Assembly (NCBI RefSeq): GCF_018350175.1
Contig: NC_058368.1
Coordinates: forward strand, 54,810,001-54,874,000
Origin: Felis catus
Taxonomy: Eukaryota
Direction of reading: 5' to 3'
Length of the DNA: 64,000 nt
Below, in pieces: positions 37,505 to 51,150 of this stretch; positions within the stretch are counted from its first letter, which is position 1; each line of letters begins with the position of its first letter. The translations under genes were made by a program, and so were the position numbers. The notes under the pieces are model-generated. The model searched no databases. It was given only the letters and a program-made list of their open reading frames with translations, and had not been told where the DNA came from.

Positions 37505-38454
37505 TATAACTGTAAATATCCTGTGATATTTGTGAATATTTTCCAAAATGAGGTCAAGTGATCTTCTTCTCTAATGCATTTTCTTTAATGAATATTTCAC
37601 TTTATAGCAACATCTCATTTTATTCCCAATAACATAAATTTATTACATATACTGTATTCTTTAATGGTAATGACTAAATCTAAGTTATATAATAAGATTA
37701 CCATCACCATATGTCTAGGAAGATTAGCAACGTAATGTATTGAGTAACTGCTATTACCATGCACCTCATTTCTCTAAATGCATCATATAATGTATTTAGT
37801 ATATTACTTGAATTGGTTTGGATGTAGCATAATGCTTTTCATTTATTTTCCGTTGCTTCTGCTCTTTTGAGCCATATACTATTTTAAATGAGTAACTTGA
37901 AGTTATTTCATTGAATAATCTTCCATATAAAGAATATGTAGCAAACCATGGTTATGGCCTCAAAGTCATATTGAACGCAGCAATTGAAACTTTAACCTAA
38001 AGAAAATCATCTTCTAGTAATTGCATCTAATTTTAAAGTACCATTTCAACAGCTTTTATCTATAAATTTCTGTACAACTACTTCTCATTAAAATACCCAA
38101 AGGATGAAATTTTGAATAAAGGCAACAAACTAATTGAGCTATACTTCAGGTTAATCTTTTTTTTTTTTTCTGAGAAATTCTTAATAAGACTTACATTTAT
38201 ACCTATTCATACTGTCCACAATAATAACTGCTATCATTGTTAAGGATGTGTAAACAGAAAAGTATTACGCCTGGCTTCTAGTTTATATTCTATAAATTAG
38301 AAAGCGTTCTCTAAATATAAATTGTCTCCAAATTAACTTTCTGCTTACAAAACTATTCTAGGGATGTCAAACTCCATTACTAACGTTAGGAATGCTGCTC
38401 TAAATTAGCCTGAAAAGAACAAGTGGAAAATAAACATATAAAATTACAGATCCA

Positions 38455-38670
38455 GGGGCGCCTGGGTGGCGTAGTCGGTTAAGCGTCCGACTTCAGCCAG
38501 GTCACGATCTCGCGGTCCCTTAGTTCGAGCCCCGCGTCGGGCTCTGGGCTGATGGCTCAGAGCCTGGAGCCTGTTTCCGATTCTGTGTCTCCCTCTCTCT
38601 CTGCCCCTCCCCCTTTCATGCTCTGTCTCTCTCTGTCCCAAAAATAAATAAATGTTGAAAAAAAATTTTT
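38455..38670 (+). mobile_element. Young Can-SINE (SINEC_Fc)
   Basis: Near-consensus; TSD AAATTACAGA(T/G)CCA. Confidence 0.96.
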
Positions 38671-40747
38671 AAATTACAGAGCCAGAGAATTACAACAAAA
38701 ATACACAATTTAAAAATTCATAAAAGTTTTTAAAATCTCAATAATTTTGTACCAATTTGTTGTTAATATAAAACATGTTACTACCAACAGAGAAAAGGTT
38801 TTTTTTTCCAAAAGGAAAGAAATATAATCAAAATGATGTATTTGTCTACTTTAATATGACCATTAAAGTACTGTTATTCAAATTAGTGTTAAATTAATTT
38901 AAAATAATTATTGATAACCTACTACGTGTAAACCCAATATCGTTTTAAAGTGGAAAAAATATAATAAAACATTTTGACATGGAGTACCTAACATATAATT
39001 CAGGAAAATAAACACATTGAAAATATTTATCGCACAGGAATGTCAAACAAGCCAAATAAATATTCAACTCTACTGTATAAGTGAACCTAGAATTTATCAA
39101 TCAGAGACTTAGTAAAATTTTGAAAAAAAAAATACGGGCAAAAGCAGCAGGCAGAAGACGGGGAAGTTGGGGAGTAGCTTAGAAATATTTCAATGTGCAA
39201 AAATAATAGGTTCTGAGAGTAACAAGACTGAAGCAGGTTAAAAATAGCAAAAAATCATATTTCTTATTCTACTTGACAACTTTTCAGAATTGCCTCCACT
39301 TGATTCAAATCTATCCTCATTTCTGGTAGATGTGTGAAAGGCATTTTATTCCTATCAATGATTAAAAATAGATGAGCTAAACAAAACAAAACAAGAATAT
39401 GAACCAAACACACTGTTGTAAGATCACACATATAGATATATGTTGTGTACCTATCAAAGATTCGTGCATATTAGAATAGTAGAAGCATAATTCCTACTAT
39501 TGAGGAAGGTTTTCTTTCTTAATTAACTTGCTTCATTCAAATGGAGTTTTATGTTTATTAAATGTAGATACAAGTTCCTTAAATGTTCCCCTCATTTTTA
39601 CCATGGTAAACTTATTCAAAATTAATGATAGAATAAATTATTCATGATCATACCGTTTCTATAAATGAACCTGACAAATGCCAAAAGAGATGTATCAAAA
39701 AAAGCATCTAAGCAAAGAATGTTATCAAATCGCATGATTCCAGAAGCTATGTTTTCCAGATCTGCCTTTAATAAAGGTGACAAGTAAAGCTACTGTCCAT
39801 CCTGCTTCAGAAAATAAAACCCTCAGAATAATTTTTTAGGACAGTTTTGGTTGTTGGTATCAAGTTAAAATTGAGCCTATATTTTAGCAGTAGTAGATTA
39901 TTTTATCCATAAGGGAATAACAATTTCAAGCCCATATATCATGCCTTAAAAAATACTGACTTGTGTTTCTCTTTAGATTACTATGATGTGAAACAGTTCA
40001 ATGAGCTCTTTATTTCCCATAAGATCCTGTTCTCAACAGACACAAACTGTTCTTTTATAGGGCTTTGTTCAGGGGAAGGGAAAAACTCATTCAGCAGATA
40101 GTTTTAACTTTTAAAAAATTAAGCACTAAAACTCAAGGTGACTATGCACAGAAAACTGTCCCATGATTCATATCTTCCTAGACTGAAAATATTATTTTGC
40201 ATTTATATTAGCATGCTTATTGCTTGCACCAAAATACTGAAATCTAATGGAATGTAAACTAGTACTAATTTTTCCTAGCGAGGAGAGTCAAGTTTATGTA
40301 CAGAAAAATGGCACATCTCCAGATAAATGCAAAGGTAATTTCCTGCTCTTCTGTATCATCCCTGCTTTTTCATTTTGGCACTAGATGATTTAACTGCTGG
40401 ATTTAATATGGAACATTCCCTATTATTTTCAGAAAAATAACTGTCACACAAGGTAAACCATTAAGGTGACCTAACCTGTATAAAAAGTTACAACAGACCT
40501 TCTCAAATCATATCAGCTTATGAGCTTATGTCCCTCCCTTTAGCTCTCCAAAGAAAGATAGAAACTGAGAGGTATTTTTAGGGCTTCTTTGTTGTCATGA
40601 GTTAACAGCAATAACAACAACAAAGAACTGTACAAGAAGTATAAATATAATGCTAGTGAAGTAGGAAATGTGTTACTTCTATCACCATAATAGTAGTAAA
40701 TGTTCTGTCATGCCTGGCTTAAGTATTTAAATTAATTCAATCTTTAT

Positions 40748-40946
40748 TCTTTAATTTTTTTATTAAGTTTATTTATTTTCTTGACAGAGATAGTGAGTGA
40801 GGGAAGGGCAGAGAGAAAGAGGGAGACAGAGAATCCCAAGCAGGCTCCATGCTGTCAGTACAGAGTCTGATGCAGGGCTCGAACTCACAAACTGTGAGAT
40901 CAAGACTGAGCTGGATGCTTAACCAGCTCAGTCACCCAGGTGCCCC
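40748..40946 (-). mobile_element. Can-SINE
   Basis: GGGGCACCTGGGTGACTGAG head on the minus strand. Confidence 0.92.
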
Positions 40947-41064
40947 ACTATTTTAATCTTAATTACTCTATGAGAAAGTACTGTAGTTGTCTATTTATTC
41001 AAGACTACTCATATTATGATTTGTGCTAGTAATTAAATCATTAATTTTAAAAATGGATCAGTAA

Positions 41065-41257
41065 GGGTGCCTGTGTGGCTCAGTCAGTTAGGCATCCAGC
41101 TTCAGCTCAGGTCATGATCTCACGGTTCATGAGTTCAAGCCCCACGTCAGGCTCTGTGCTGACAGCTCAGAGCCTGGAGCCTGCTTCAGATTCTGTGTCT
41201 CTCTCTCTGCCCCTCTCCCACTCATGCTCTGTATCTCTCTCTCTTAAAAATAAACAT
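41065..41257 (+). mobile_element. Can-SINE
   Basis: TSD TAAAAATGGATCA(G/A)TAA at 41048-41064 / 41258-41274. Confidence 0.94.
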
Positions 41258-41450
41258 TAAAAATGGATCAATAAAAGTATTAGAAAAGCAATATACTTAT
41301 ATCTTAATATTTTGAACTTTGTGAGAAGTTACTATTATTTTCCTCAATATATATATATGAGCTCACCAGAGGATACCTAATACTGGCTAGATGGAAATTG
41401 TTTTTAACAGTTTATATGGGTATCTTTTTCCCAAAAAATAAGAACCATTT

Positions 41451-42165
41451 TGTGACATTAGTAAGAAATGTTTGGTCCTTATCTCCTGTAGATATAGTGT
41501 TCCTAAAACTCTTGTAGTTTTCTGGGTCATAGAGATGATGGGGGCATCAGTTGTTCTGAGGTTGTGGCTCTTGGGTGGAGAACCTCAGAATGGGGGCTGG
41601 TCATCAGAAAAACCAACCCTGATTGAAATCCTAGAAATTTCAGCCCCACCCTATTCCCAACCCCTAAGGAGGGGAGAGGAGTTGGAGAATGAGTTAACTG
41701 ATCATGCCCATGTGGTGAAACTCCATAAAACAGGATTCTAAGAGCTGGGTTGATGAATGCATCAACATGCCAGATGCCTGGCAAACCCCAACTCTATGGA
41801 GACAGAAGCTCCAGTGTGCAGGACCTATGCACCTATTCATCTGACTGTTCATTTGTATCCTTTATAATATCCTTTATAATAAACATCAAACATAATTAAA
41901 ATGTGTGACTGAGTTCTATGAGCCCTTCTAACAAATTACTGAGCTTGAGGAGGGGATTATGGAAACCCCCAATTCATAGAAGTTCAGTTAGAAGTACAAA
42001 AGGCCCAGGAATTATGACTGAAGGGGGTGGGTGATGTAGAACTGTGCCCTTTACTGTGGATTTTGAGTTGACTCCATACTAGAATCAGAACTTAATTTAA
42101 TTGTTGAACACTCAGTTGGTGTCCAGAGAATCAAAGAACTAGTTGGTAATGTTAGAAAATACCAT
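41451..42165 (+). mobile_element. MER21-family solo LTR
   Basis: Starts TGTGACATTAGTAAGAAAT...TCCTAAAACTCTTG; atgggggctggtcatcagaaa; AATAAA at ~41878; ends near cagttggtgtccagagaat. Confidence 0.8.
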
Positions 42166-42744
42166 AGACCCTACAAAAAGAGAGACTAAATAGTGAATGG
42201 AGAACAAGACTATGCTAGACTTAGTGGTGTTCTGGTGACGATGGTGGGGCAGGTATTGTTGGAACTGTTAATAGATGAAAAAGTTATTACAAAGAGGATC
42301 TTTTGTCAGAAATGGGGGGGGTACTTTGAACCATAGTTAGATTATCTCACTGGCATAATCTAGTTGTGGCAAGCCTCCAGGCAGGGAAATGCAATACTAT
42401 CAGAACAGTGTTGAGGAACCAGAATTGAGGTGGCCTTAACTCCCTAAAACTAAACTTCTAACAACCGATGTCCAGGAGAGGGGGAGAATTTGTCCTCAGC
42501 TCCAAATAGGAGACTCCTCAGAGGTACCTGTGCTTTGGTAGTGGCCCGCCACCAAAAATGCTTGTTGGATGTCAAGACGTGTCCCAGGTTTGCTGTGACC
42601 ATTCAGAAACAACCCAGTGGTGCTAGATAGTAAACAGGTTTTTGGGAATTATTCAATAAAGTCCACTGATTCCCAGAAGTTTGTTTTGCTTTATTTACAG
42701 GATATGTTTGCTTCAGTTGTGAGACACAGTGATTGTACATTTAT

Positions 42745-43115
42745 GAATCAGGATAGATAAGTTTTGTCAAAATAACAACACTAATTACCACAAACACAAA
42801 GAAAATAATCTCAGTGGCTATAAACAAAAGAAGCAAAAGTTTGTCTCTTGCACATGGTATCTATCTTTATAGGCTATTTGGCCACCCTGTTCCAGCTTGT
42901 CATCCTCACTCTGAGACATGGGGAGAAGGAAAAGATTACTCTGGTAGTTTTTCTTATCAGCAATTAAATGCACCAACCCCAAAGTGAAACATGTTACTTT
43001 CACTCACAGCCAATTGGCCAGAATTAGTCACATGCACCAATCATCAGAAAGAAACAAGACATGAAATTTGCCATGTGTCCAGGAGGGAAGATAAGTGAAT
43101 ATCAAATAACACAAA
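42745..43115 (-). mobile_element. MLT1 (MaLR) LTR relic
   Basis: aatctcagtggcta...tcactcacagccaattggccagaattagtcacatg MLT1J/K/L-type signature. Confidence 0.7.
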
Positions 43116-43149
43116 TGACATTGAGATGACATTTCCTACCTTCTGCCTT

Positions 43150-43700
43150 TTCCTGTTCTAATCATTCCATTGAGCAATCATATCCCCCTCCCAAATATAA
43201 GTATAAACCCCTCATGACCTTGTTAAAATACAATGATTTATCAGTATCTGCTAGATAAAACGTGAGACTAAATGTCCTTCAAATACTGGTCCTATAGCTC
43301 CCATCTAAAATCTGGTTCATTTGTAAAACATTATCCTTATAGCTGTACTAGATTAGTTATAATTCTTGCAATACTCAATACAACTTTATATACAATTCTC
43401 ACCTAGAATTCTGTCTTTCATCATCTGCTTGTCAACGGCCTATATTCCTGTAAGATCCAGGGTAGGCAACCTCATTTGACACATTTCCTGAATTACTGAG
43501 TCTGCAATATTCCACGTAATTCCATCAAGGCACTAAACACCTTGTACTGTAATAATTGTCCATAAACCTATCTTCCTTACCAGACTATATTGTATATGAC
43601 ATTTGTTATGTTTTTGTATCTAACACACAATTACCTGATACAGAAAACACTCCATAGATGCTTACTGTATTAGTGATGGAATGATCAATTAATATAGCAT
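43150..43700 (+). mobile_element. L2 3' fragment
   Basis: ccagact...tttgtatct...cacaattacctgatacagaaaacactccatagatgctt...gaatga L2 3' terminus. Confidence 0.55.
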
Positions 43701-43982
43701 TTAAATCTTTTGACACCCACCTCTTTCTTTATAAGCTACTTAAAAGTAAGCACTATGTTTTACTTCTTTTTATGTTTAGCATCTGAAATAAGTTTATAAA
43801 ATTAGATTCTCCAAAGTTGTTTTCAAATGGGTGAATAAATAAAATTACTGAAGAAGAAATTCTTAGTTACTAAAATTATTTTTAAGTTAGTACAAAAATA
43901 ATTATTCAAATGTAACCAATATACTGTGTGGAGATTTCTTAAGCCATCTCTGGCCAGAGACATTATTGAAAAAGAAACAGCA

Positions 43983-44115
43983 GGGGTACCAGGCTATCTC
44001 AGTCAGTACAGCATCCAACTCTTGATCTCTGGGTTGTGACTTCGAGCCCCATGTTGGGTGTAGAAATCACTTAGATAAACTTTAAAAAAACTTAAAAAAA
44101 ATAAAAATAAGAAAT
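43983..44115 (+). mobile_element. Short, old Can-SINE (tRNA-like head + A tail, no CT tract)
   Basis: GGGGTACCAGGCTATCTCAGTCAGTACAGCA...TTCGAGCCCCATGTTGGGTGTAG; degenerate TSD aaaaagaaacagca / aaaaagataaagca. Confidence 0.85.
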
Positions 44116-45674
44116 AAAAAGATAAAGCAGATCGACTAACAGGAATCCTCTTAAAAAGTTAAATCCTGATGTGAGAATGATCTTAACAATTGACCTCCTG
44201 CTAAGCACTGTCAGTAACTTGATCAGTCTTTCCTAAATATGCCCCATTTTCTGTTGATTATCTTTAAAAAAAGATGACTGGCAAAGGAATAATCCATTAA
44301 AGTACTGAATGCCAGAGGCAAGTCTCGATCATGTTACGGTTTGGGTTATGTGGGAAAGGTTGGAAATCTCTATATATAGAAAAAATGGATTCCTGATGAG
44401 GAGATATGGAGCCAAGGAATACATACATTCTTCTTAGTTGTTTGTTTCCCAGAACTTTGCAGATCATCACATAATTTCAACTGGCTCATAAACACTGCTC
44501 AGACATCACTTATTTATTCAGTCCAGATCATGAGAGTGCATAAATGGATAAAGAAATAGGTCTCATAATAAAATATTTAGGCCCCTTAAGACTTCAAATC
44601 TCAGATAATACTCTCAGAATTTAATATGATTTAAACATATTACAAATAAATCTGTGGCATATTTTGGTCACTGCAGTGCATTTTAGGATTCTAATAAATG
44701 AGCAAACCTCCAAAGATTAAGAAAAACATGCATGAAAATGGAAAGATGAATGATGACAGAATTCTGCATTATATCTAAATTTCACAAGTCACTGTAATTC
44801 TTGACATTTCATGGTTTCCAACATTTGTATCAAATAATGTTTTAGACTTTCGTGCTCTCTATTTAAAATCCCATTTCTTTACAGTGTATTTTCTATTGTT
44901 GTTGCCACTGAAAAATGACACAGACTTCTTGCTTTTTTGTTTAAGGAAATAACAACTGTTTGAGACTGAAGACATTTGTTCCAAATTTCAGCTAGTAAGA
45001 TCTAAAGCCTTCAAAAACTGTGTTTGTAATGGAAATTCCTATGAAACTTTTACATGACACAAGGACGTTGAAGGTTTAAAATAATATTTTATAAGTCTCT
45101 TTTTCCTTCATTGATAACCAGACTTTAGAAGCAAAAACTGTTTGAAAACTAAGGATTTATTTTTCTTTGAGTCTGCAGACAATCAAGATTCATCGACAGA
45201 GATTCTGGCTCAAACACTAAACCCACTTCAAATGTAAGTTATGGCAAAGAATCCTCCATCTAATACACAGGGCTTTAAAGTAGTTCTGGCGATCGTAAAG
45301 GGGTATGGTCTAATGATACTTTCACTGTCGTTTTCTTCTTCCATAAAGATTTCATATATTCCCAGAATATTCCTATTTCTAAGATACCTTACCTAACCTA
45401 ATTTTAGGCTAAATGCTGTCCTGTACTAATATGAAGCTTTAATAACAAGTGACAACCCAAGCAGGTACTGAATTACAAATTGAAATAGAATAAATCCAGT
45501 ATAAAGTACATACTTAATGAGGTGCCATAACCGAATGAAACATCAACCAAATGCACTTATAATTGATTATTCATAAAAAGTTTACTGAAATAAATTTCAA
45601 ACTAAAATCATAGTAATAATATAAATTTACTCATAAGCAAAATAAAATCTTCTGAGTCAAAGACTCAGATTAAC

Positions 45675-45908
45675 AGGACACCTGGGTGGCTGGCTCAGTC
45701 AGTTAAGCGTCTGACTTTGGCTCAGGTCACCATCCCTCGGTTTGTGAGGTCGAGCCCCATGTCGGGCTCTGTGCTGACAACTCAGAGCTTTGAGCCTGCT
45801 TCGGATTCAGTGTCTCCCTCTCCCTCTGCCTCTCCCCCACTTGTGCGCCCTCTGTTTCTCTCTCTCTCTCTCAAAAATAAATTAAAAATGTAAAAAAATG
45901 TTTTAAAA
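45675..45908 (+). mobile_element. Can-SINE
   Basis: TSD AGACT(C/T)AGATTAAC. Confidence 0.93.
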
Positions 45909-47143
45909 AGAGACTTAGATTAACTGTGGCAAAATCAATGCACTTTGTGATTTAATGTGTATATATATTGCTTCAGATGTTGAGAAATGATAGAAAGAAA
46001 AGAAAAAATGTAATAAATAAGGGATTCTGCAAGAAAATATAAACTGGAGTGCAGAGCCAAAATATAAATGAGAGGATCTTTAACTTTAGATATAAAAATG
46101 ATTATATATATATATATATACACATATATAATATATATACTTCATATGTATTTATATGTCATATACATTACATAATATATAGAAATTATACATATATAAT
46201 AGAAATTATATGATGTATAAATGCTACAGTCACGAAGTTTTATAACAGTAAACTAGTTTCTTTTTTCCATATCTAGTAGTTAAGTGAGAAAATTAGTGAG
46301 ATTATGAAACCAGATGCAAAGCAATTTAAGTTCAAAAGCAGGGAATACTATTACATGTTTTGTTGATGTTATGTTATCACTAATAATATAAAGTTCTAAC
46401 TATTGAAATCCAGTGAGGTAAATTATATAGTAAACCAGTTCTTCTAGAGCACATAGTGAAAAAAAAGTACCTCTGAAAATGAGACATTGCCAATACGCTC
46501 CCATAGAGTTGCACACAGATACTCATTCATTCATGTGTGCATTCATTAACCCACACGTTTATTTTTAACTAAACGATTCTTTGTTCAGAAAACACAAATT
46601 AAAGTATTTCTTAGTGCAAGAATTATTCCTTGGTAAAATTTTAAATGATTTTAATAATGGTCTAAACTTTTTAGGTCAGGGAAAGGAAAATTTAATACAC
46701 TACAGCAGTTGACAAACCAAACTGTTATGCTTAGTTTTCTAAACAAAAAAAAAAAATGTCTCCCCTGTACTCTAGATACCTTAGTCAGGAATGCAAATGA
46801 AATCTTAGGAATGCAAATGGATACACACAGGTGTCACTGGAGGTTAAGTCTTTCCAAAGCTACATTTACTTCCATGGCATCATAGACTATAATTTTATTT
46901 TAACAGTTCCAAACAACTGAATTAGGCATGGGGAAAAATTTAATAAAATTACATCTGATAATAACAATGGAATGGATTTCTTTTCACAACACGCTTTTTA
47001 CTAAATAGCAAAAAACTCAGAAAGGTTATAATGAAATTAATTTTACTATAATGAAATTAATTTTAATCAATAACTTCTCTTTTACATTCATTTTCTCTAT
47101 GCATACTAAAATTCTAAAATTCCCTACATTTTAAAATATTCAT

Positions 47144-47315
47144 GGGTCATCTGGGTGTCTCAGTTAGTGAAGCGCCTGACTCTTGATTTGGGCTCAGTCA
47201 TGAACCCAGGACCCTGGGTTTGAACTCTGCGTTGGGCTCCTTGCTGAGCTTAAGATTTTTCTCTCTCTCCCCTGCCTCTCTCTCTTTCTTTAAAATAAAA
47301 ACAAAACAAATAAAA
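47144..47315 (+). mobile_element. Can-SINE (older)
   Basis: TSD TAAAATAT(T/C)CAT. Confidence 0.88.
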
Positions 47316-47686
47316 TAAAATATCCATTAAAATATGATTAAATGCATTGATGTGTCATCCAAATTTTATGCACATTTCTTAAATTTTTTCTTTATCATTA
47401 TGTGTGCATGTATTCTCCTAGTGCCTGTTAAAATCGCTTGTTAAGAGTTGGTTCTCCATAACTTAGTTGAAGACAGTATTTTACCTTTAATTCCTCAAAA
47501 ATTATTCACAAAATTACCACATCTTATTATTTAATATTGGCAACTATGGGAGATAGTTTTTTCTGAAGAAGCTCTTGTGTGATAAGGTTTTGCAACAACC
47601 TCTTCTAAATAATGCACAAGTACAAGTAAATAATTCAGAAATAAATCACAGATAAAAGTAAATAATAGATAATTTGGGTACGTATT

Positions 47687-47809
47687 GGAGCACCTGGGTA
47701 GCCCCGTTGGTTGAGTGTCTGATTCTTGATTTCAGCTCAGGTCACGATCGCAGGGTCATGGGATTGAGCCCTGAGTCGGGCTCCACACTGAGCATGGAGC
47801 CTGCTTGGG

Positions 47810-47848
<39 letters not shown>

Positions 47849-47869
47849 AATAAATAAACTTAAAAAAAA
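47687..47869 (+). mobile_element. Can-SINE
   Basis: GGAGCACCTGGGTAG head, (CT)n, A tail; ATAATTTGGGT on both flanks. Confidence 0.9.
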
Positions 47870-48572
47870 ATAATTTGGGTGTTTGAAATATTGTCACAAT
47901 TTTAACTATAATCACAAAAATTTAGATTTCAAAGGGGCAAAGGAAACTAGGACATGATAGATATGTTAATTATTTGGTTATGGTTTGGTACTTATATACA
48001 TATACTGAAGTATATTAAATTTTGCATTTTATGCACAGTTTGTCAAATGTACTTTAATAAAGTTATAAAAGTTATATATATTCATTATATATATATAATG
48101 AAGTTATAAAAGTCAATGACCTTAAGTCAATACACTTAAAATGTGTGACTATTACTTCATTTAAATTATGACCCAATAAATTTAAAAAGGTTGAAAAAAA
48201 TCAGAGCTCTAGGCTTTTGTTCTTATTTATTTTTAGCCATCATCTTTTCAGGCTTACATCATAGTAATAATATATATTCAAATATATGTCTTCAAATTTG
48301 AAGAGTGATACTTACATGCAGATATTATGTGTAATTATGGATTCATATTTAATTATAGAACATGCGAGATCTCTATGGTTACAGAAAAAGTTGTAATAAC
48401 GTCAGTGACACCATGGTCTTTGTGGCATGTCATGACTAAAGCCAACCTAAAGATTACTGTTGTCATTACTCGTTTGTAAACACCTATATTTTCACTCTTT
48501 CTAGATAAAATTTTATACCTTAAGCAGCAATTTAATTTTTCTAAAGACTTTCCTTTAAAATGAAATGTTTAA

Positions 48573-48805
48573 GGGCGCCTGGGTGGCTCAGTCGGTTGAG
48601 TGTCCGGCTTCGGCTCAGGTCATGATCTCATGGTTTGTGAGTTGGAGCCCTGCATCGGGCTGTGTGCTGATGGCTTGGAGCCTGGAGCCTGTTTTGGATT
48701 CTGTGTCTCCCTCTCTCTCTGCTCCTCCCCACTCGTGCTCTGTCTCTCTCTCTGTCTCTCTGTCTCTCTCAAAAATAAACATTAAAAAAAAATTTTTAAA
48801 AATTT
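48573..48805 (+). mobile_element. Can-SINE (host of a nested pair)
   Basis: Typical head and body; outer direct repeat taaaatgaaatgttta / taaattgaatgttta encloses both SINEs. Confidence 0.94.
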
Positions 48806-49024
48806 GGGGCGCCTTGGTGGCGCAGTTGGTTAAGCGTCCGACTTCAGCCAGGTCACGATCTCGCGGTCCGTGAGTTCGAGCCCCGCGTCAGGCTCTGGGC
48901 TGATGGCTTGGAGCCTGGAGCCTGTTTCCGATTCTGTGTCTCCCTCTCTCTCTGCCCCTCCCCTGTTCATGCTCTGTCTCTCTCTGTCCCAAAAATAAAT
49001 AAACGTTGAAAAAAAAATTTTTTT
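48806..49024 (+). mobile_element. Young Can-SINE inserted into the tail of the previous SINE
   Basis: Near-consensus SINEC_Fc starting in the A/T tail of 48573-48805. Confidence 0.94.
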
Positions 49025-49114
49025 TAAATTGAATGTTTACACGCAATGTATTCCTTAATTTGGTAACAACAACTACTTTCTTTTTTTTTTCTTTAAAAGT
49101 TTTTTTCTTCTTTA

Positions 49115-49330
49115 AATATATACATATGAGTATATATTATATATGTATATATATAATATATATACATATATAATATATATACATATATGTATATATATAA
49201 TATACATATATTATATATATACATATATGTATATTCTCCTTTAAAATACACACACACACATATATATATATGTATATATATATATAATATAGCATTTACT
49301 ACAGAACACACACACACACACACATATATA
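49115..49330. repeat. (TA)/(CA)-rich low-complexity tract
   Basis: Directly visible. Confidence 0.92.
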
Positions 49331-50637
49331 CAGAGAGTAAATTCTTTTAATCTGGAAGTACTGTCTTAAATGTAGGTAAAAAAGTGTTTATTTTCCTTTC
49401 CACTTTTATATTTTCTAATTTTGGAAACAATACTTTGTATAAGGCCATGGAATTTCAATACTCAAAATTAAATACATGTATACATTTTATATTCAACAAA
49501 TGTATTGTTGAACATGTGCACAATGCAGTGGCAAATCCTAATAAATGTTAGCTTTAACTAGTAGCTTTCACACTAATACATTAGCTCTTAGAAAAGAAAA
49601 CAATAGTAACATGAGGAAAAAATGGAGATTATTCATTTTGCATTAAATGCTTAGGCATATGGTGATAGCCTACGGACCCTATGTCTTTAGCAATGGAATG
49701 TCTTCAATTTCTAAGGGTTGAAATATTAGGGAGATGACCTGAATCATGCTGAGAATTGTTTGCCTCATTATGATAGTGAAATTATCCATTGGTCTTTATT
49801 GCATAGAGTAAGGTGTGGCATGACTATTCAATAAATTGGTTTAGAAAACATAATGAACACTGCAGGAGCACTGCTTTCCCAAGGAAACTGATGGTCATGG
49901 AGGAACTGCATTTAATCTTATGCACAATTTAGCACAGCAGCCAACCACTAAGTACCCTGGGGTAGGGCCTTCATGTTTCACAATTTATTTAGAGTCTGAA
50001 AAATTAGCCATGGTAGTCAATTGCCTTAAAATATATAGGCATGCATTTCTACATATTGCTGTTTTTGTCATGGATAATAAAAGCCATCTTTAACTATAAG
50101 GAATTGTGCTTTTATGTAATCTCTGTCTCATTCAGAGAAAATATATATAAAGTCAAAGTAAGCAGTTAAAATTATGAGTGTTTTATCATCTAAATTCTGT
50201 TATACCCTAGAAAAGGAATGTTGTTAAAGTTGATGATGTGTTCATTTTAACATATTTTAGTCATCCAGATTTTCATTCACTGTTATGTTGATTTTCATAA
50301 TCCTAAAACTGGCATCAAATAAATTAAGTAAAATTCATATGTGAAAACTGTATTCATTTGCTTTTGAGAAAACATCTGAAGGGCAGATTCCTTTAAACTC
50401 TCTTTATCAAATGATGTGTTTAATTAGTTGGGGGTGAAATTCAGACAGGAAACATAAGATCAAAGGCTTTTCCATAAAAATAGTAGATGTAATTTTACTA
50501 TTAAATTGCCTTCAGAAATAATATGCTGGATAACAAAATTGGAAAATGGAGGACAAACAAAAAACCTCTCTGAAGGAAATTTTACAATCACATTTCAAAA
50601 AGAAATATAATGTTGTGAAGAAAATTTTAACATAATT

Positions 50638-50640
<3 letters not shown>

Positions 50641-50679
<39 letters not shown>
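50641..50679. repeat. (TCA)n microsatellite
   Basis: Directly visible. Confidence 0.95.
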
Positions 50680-50949
50680 CAATTTCATGTTCCTGTTGTC
50701 TCTTACATCTGTTTTCATCTTGAAAACCAATGTAAAAAATACATCACTGAAATAAATGCCTCATTTCTTAGACTTTGCAGTATAAAACTTTAAGTTTTAT
50801 AAAGGTATGCTAGAAAGTGAGTGTTTCTTCACTATGACCCTCCAAACCTTTCTCAGAAGTATATTATTGACATTAAACTTCTCTGAATCTCTCAAATTTG
50901 AAAGTGTAATAGTCATGCTTGAATAATCCCTTACTAAGCACTTCAGCTG

Positions 50950-51150
50950 AACATTAAACTTATCTTCTATTCTACAGACTCTCCCCCAGGTGATCTCATC
51001 CACTCATATGGCTTAAAAACATGTATATACTGATGGCTCCAAGATGTAGAATACCAGCCCCAACTGACTTTATTCCATAATTCTAGGCTAAAATAACCGA
51101 CTGACAACATAATGTACCCACCAAGATACCTTGTTTAAATATTAGATATG
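50950..51150 (+). mobile_element. L2 internal (RT-region) fragment
   Basis: ccaggtgatctcatccactc...tatactgatggctccaagatgta, a decayed YADDSQIY-type motif. Confidence 0.65.

Noticed and set aside
43983..44070. tRNA-like sequence
   Set aside because: It is a degenerate SINE head with an A tail and TSD; no intact cloverleaf.
631..48873. Many 60-100 aa ORFs reading GAWVAQSV / SLSLSL / ERERER
   Set aside because: They are translations of Can-SINEs and microsatellites, not genes.
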